Positions 7,494 through 10,355 of a stretch of 10,355 nucleotides of DNA are shown piece after piece; the first letter of the stretch is position 1, and the number at the start of each line of letters is the position of its first letter. This DNA is from Archangium sp. (lineage in GTDB: Bacteria; Myxococcota; Myxococcia; Myxococcales; Myxococcaceae). Where the stretch lies: positions 1 through 10,355 of the forward strand of contig JANLPS010000006.1 in NCBI GenBank assembly GCA_031367385.1. Reading direction: 5' to 3'. The notes under the pieces are model-generated. The model was given only the letters and a program-made list of their open reading frames with translations, ran no database searches and was not told the DNA's origin. The position numbers were made by a program, and so were the translations under genes.

Positions 7494-10355
7494 TCAAGCA
7501 CCCAACAACGACAGCTGGGTGCGCTGAACGACCTCGTGCACCCGTGCACCTGCTTCGCGAAACAAGGCGCGCACCTGTGAATGGCAGGTGAACGCCAGAA
7601 TCTGATGCCGCTTTGACAGAGCGGCGAGCACCTCGATGACCCGGCCGGCGCGATCGCCATCGAGGTTGACGGTGACGTCGTCGAGCAGCACCGGCAACGC
7701 CACCCGTACCTCACCGAAGTCTTCGACCACCGCGAGCCGAAACGCGAGCAGCAGCAGCTCGCGGGTGCCGCGCGAGAGCTGCTCGACCTCCCAGCTGACA
7801 CCCTGGGCATCGCGCACCATCAGCACCCGGGCCTTGGGGTCGGGCCGCACCTGCACGTAGCGGTGGTCAGTCAGCTCGGCGAACAAGGCCCCGGCGCGCA
7901 GTACCACGCGGGGTTGTTGCTCGGCGTCGAAGCGTTCACGGGTCTGCTCGAGCACGGTGCGGGCCAACGCACTGACGGTGAACTGCTCGGCGGCCAGCCG
8001 AATTTTCACCAGCAGGGCCTCTTCTTCACGGCGCAGCGCGGCGGTTTCATCTTCGACCTCGAAGTGCTCGAGGCGGGCCCGCAGGCGGCCCAGCGCCTCG
8101 AGCGTGCGCTCGTGACTGGCCCGTGCTGCTTCGAGCGCCCCCAGAGCGTGCTGAGCCTGGTCAGCCAACACGCCGGAGTCGAGCCCAAGCGACTTGAGGG
8201 CCTCGACCTCGCCGCCGAGCGCGGCGATGGTCGCGCACGCCTGACGACGGTCGAGCTCGGCGGCTGACCAGGCCTGCGCCTCACTGGCGCGGTGCCGAAA
8301 GGCCTCGACCGAGTCGACCGCTGCGAGCGCGAGCAACGCTGCGAGCTCATTCGAAGCCTGCGCGACGGCCGCCTGATGCTGCGCCAAGGGCCCCTTTGCC
8401 GCCTCGAGCCGGGTCTCGAGCGTCGCGAGCCGAGCTCTCGCAGCGGTGGTGGCCTCGAGCCAATCGCTGAGCATCGACGCCAGCACCTCGGGCGACCGCT
8501 CGACGAGCTCGCCCCGATGCGTCTGCGCAAAGGCCGCCGCGAGCGCCTCGCCGGCCACCCTGACCCGGCGCTGGTCGGCATCGACCCCAGCCCGGTCGGT
8601 CTCGAGCTCGAGGGCGCGCTCCTGCAACCGGCTCACGTCAATCACCACATCGAGCGCCGCGTCAGCCGACATCGACGAGCTGATGCCCAAAGGCGCCAAC
8701 CGCGCATCGACCTCGCTCTGCACCACATCGAGCGCCGCCTCGGCCCGCGCGCGCTCGTCTTCGAGCGACGAGACGAGCCGGCGCACCCGCTGTGCCTCTG
8801 CCAGGGCCTCGGTCAACTGGCTGGCGATGCCCCTGCGTCGTTGCTGCCCGTCGAGCACGCCCTGGGCCCACGCCATTCGGCTGCCGACGTCACCCGATGC
8901 CTCGACCCCGGCGAGGGTCAGCGCCGCCAGCAGGCGTTCATCGACTGCCTCGCCCTCGCCCTCGACCTGGCCCAGCTCAGCCTGACGCTGGGCTCGCTGC
9001 TCATGCTGGTGCCGCTGGGCGTGCTGCCATGCGGCATGCTCTGAGGCGGTGCCCTGCTCGTCGCGCCAAGCAACGACCAGCCCTACCAAACCCAGCGTCA
9101 ACCCAAAGAGCAGTGCGCTCGGGCCCGCCCCGACGGCCCAGGCGACCATCGCGCACACCACGAGCCCGACCGTCGCAACCCCCGCCAACCACAAAGGAAA
9201 CCGGGCGCGCGGGGCGACCGGGCCCGGCACCCAGAGGGCCTCGAGCTGCGTCTTCACACCGGCCGCGCGCACCGCCAGGTGGGCTTGCCGTTGCCGCAGC
9301 CCCTCGACCTGGCTCAGCGCCGTAAGCGCGCGTTCGACCGGCTCGACTGCCACCTCATCGATCGCCCCGAGCATCACCTCGAGCTGGTGCACGCGCTCTT
9401 CACGTCGGGCGAGCTCATCACGGCCCGACGACACGGCGGCCATCACCCGGGTGCGCTCCTCGCGAGCCGTCGCATGCCGGTCGCGCAGTGACTTGAGCTG
9501 GGTTTGCACCGCGGTGCTGACATCGACTTGAGAGAGCCACTCGAGTTCAGCCTCGTTGACAGGCAAGCGCTTCATCGACTCGGCCAATTGGCGCTCGCGC
9601 GCCTCGAGCTGGGCCCTCGCCGCCGGCAGCTCGCGCGCCTGAACGACCACCGTGTCCCACTGGCGGAGGGCGGCCCGAACTGGCTCGGGCCGGGCACCCA
9701 CCGACTGCTCAGCCCGGCCCGCGCGAACAGCGGCCTCGAGATCATCGCTCTCACGGGTCGCCACCCGCAACGCGCTGCTGGCCTCTCGAACCGTCTTGGC
9801 GAGGCCTTCAACCCGGCCCACCGCCTCGAGAGGAAAATGCGCCAACGCCTCGCGCCCGGCCTGCGCGCCCTCAGCCCGTGCCAACGCCTCGAGCGGCCCG
9901 AGCGACTTCTGCAACCGCTCGACCTCGCGCACCCGTGCCTGCGCGGCCCCGACCTCGTGCTCGAGCTGGGTCACCAAGGCGGTGAGCTGCGCCCGCTGCT
10001 CGAGGTCTCGTGCGTACTCCCTGGGCCGGTCACCCAGCGCCTCGAGCTGCATGCGCATGCCCTGCAGCTCCCTCAGCCAGACATTCAAAGGCCGTTGCCC
10101 CTTCGGCAAGAACAGCTCGCTGCTCTCTTTGCGCAAGGTCTCGAGCGCAGCGGGCAAGCGCTGGGCCCCCTGCATCGCCGCCGCGAACAGCCGTTCAGAG
10201 ACCTCCGAGCCGGCCAGGTCACCAAAAGTACGCAGCTGATCAATCGTCAACGCAAACACCTGCGCGAACAGCTCGCGGCTGACCTGACCTCGCGCCTCAT
10301 CGAGCCTCGAGTCGGGCAGGGGCGCTCCGTTCGAATCTCGCAACGACACCTCGCC
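7494..10355 (-). CDS. YhaN/SbcE-like SMC/Rad50-type coiled-coil ATPase (AAA_27-like), 5'-partial, with two central hydrophobic helices
   Basis: C-terminal ABC half: EQLSRGTRELLLLAFRLA (signature), LPVLLDDVTVNLDGDR (Walker B/D-loop) and QILAFTCH (H-loop). The N-terminal segments LFAQVFALTIDQL, LFAAA and LFLPKG resemble YhaN. There are long Ala/Glu/Arg/Leu coiled coils. Walker A is absent from the window and the frame is open to 10355. Confidence 0.88.
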   Translation of the reverse strand, partial: GEVSLRDSNGAPLPDSRLDEARGQVSRELFAQVFALTIDQLRTFGDLAGSEVSERLFAAAMQGAQRLPAALETLRKESSELFLPKGQRPLNVWLRELQGMRMQLEALGDRPREYARDLEQRAQLTALVTQLEHEVGAAQARVREVERLQKSLGPLEALARAEGAQAGREALAHFPLEAVGRVEGLAKTVREASSALRVATRESDDLEAAVRAGRAEQSVGARPEPVRAALRQWDTVVVQARELPAARAQLEARERQLAESMKRLPVNEAELEWLSQVDVSTAVQTQLKSLRDRHATAREERTRVMAAVSSGRDELARREERVHQLEVMLGAIDEVAVEPVERALTALSQVEGLRQRQAHLAVRAAGVKTQLEALWVPGPVAPRARFPLWLAGVATVGLVVCAMVAWAVGAGPSALLFGLTLGLVGLVVAWRDEQGTASEHAAWQHAQRHQHEQRAQRQAELGQVEGEGEAVDERLLAALTLAGVEASGDVGSRMAWAQGVLDGQQRRRGIASQLTEALAEAQRVRRLVSSLEDERARAEAALDVVQSEVDARLAPLGISSSMSADAALDVVIDVSRLQERALELETDRAGVDADQRRVRVAGEALAAAFAQTHRGELVERSPEVLASMLSDWLEATTAARARLATLETRLEAAKGPLAQHQAAVAQASNELAALLALAAVDSVEAFRHRASEAQAWSAAELDRRQACATIAALGGEVEALKSLGLDSGVLADQAQHALGALEAARASHERTLEALGRLRARLEHFEVEDETAALRREEEALLVKIRLAAEQFTVSALARTVLEQTRERFDAEQQPRVVLRAGALFAELTDHRYVQVRPDPKARVLMVRDAQGVSWEVEQLSRGTRELLLLAFRLAVVEDFGEVRVALPVLLDDVTVNLDGDRAGRVIEVLAALSKRHQILAFTCHSQVRALFREAGARVHEVVQRTQLSLLGA

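Noticed and set aside
6042..7580. 512-aa and 311-aa plus-strand ORFs antisense to mutS
   Set aside because: Antisense shadows caused by GC-biased codon usage, with no recognisable domain.
1..10355. CRISPR arrays, tRNA/rRNA genes, IS elements, integrases
   Set aside because: The window is almost fully protein-coding, intergenic gaps are at most 120 nt, and I saw no repeat-spacer pattern or transposase motifs.

Overview
GC-rich bacterial chromosomal window, probably Myxococcota (inferred from protein style and gene content, not a database result). Left to right: the 3' part of pstB (+); a 154-aa opposite-strand gene with a canonical EF-hand loop sitting between pstB and phoU; phoU (+); a secreted TPR-like + Amidase_3 N-acetylmuramoyl-L-alanine amidase (+); a hypothetical protein with a Pro/Lys-rich N-terminus and a C-terminal domain resembling a catalytically degenerate CHAP/NlpC-P60-like cysteine hydrolase (+); then, convergently, mutS (-) and a 5'-truncated YhaN/SbcE-like SMC/Rad50-type ATPase with a central transmembrane hairpin (-). 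I saw no RNA genes, mobile elements or CRISPR arrays. The best leads are: (i) a candidate pseudo-enzyme next to the amidase, (ii) a beta-clamp-type motif (QLSLL) at the extreme C-terminus of the membrane-anchored YhaN ATPase, directly upstream of mutS, which carries QLGLF, and (iii) the EF-hand gene with a sigma28-like promoter splitting pstB from phoU.
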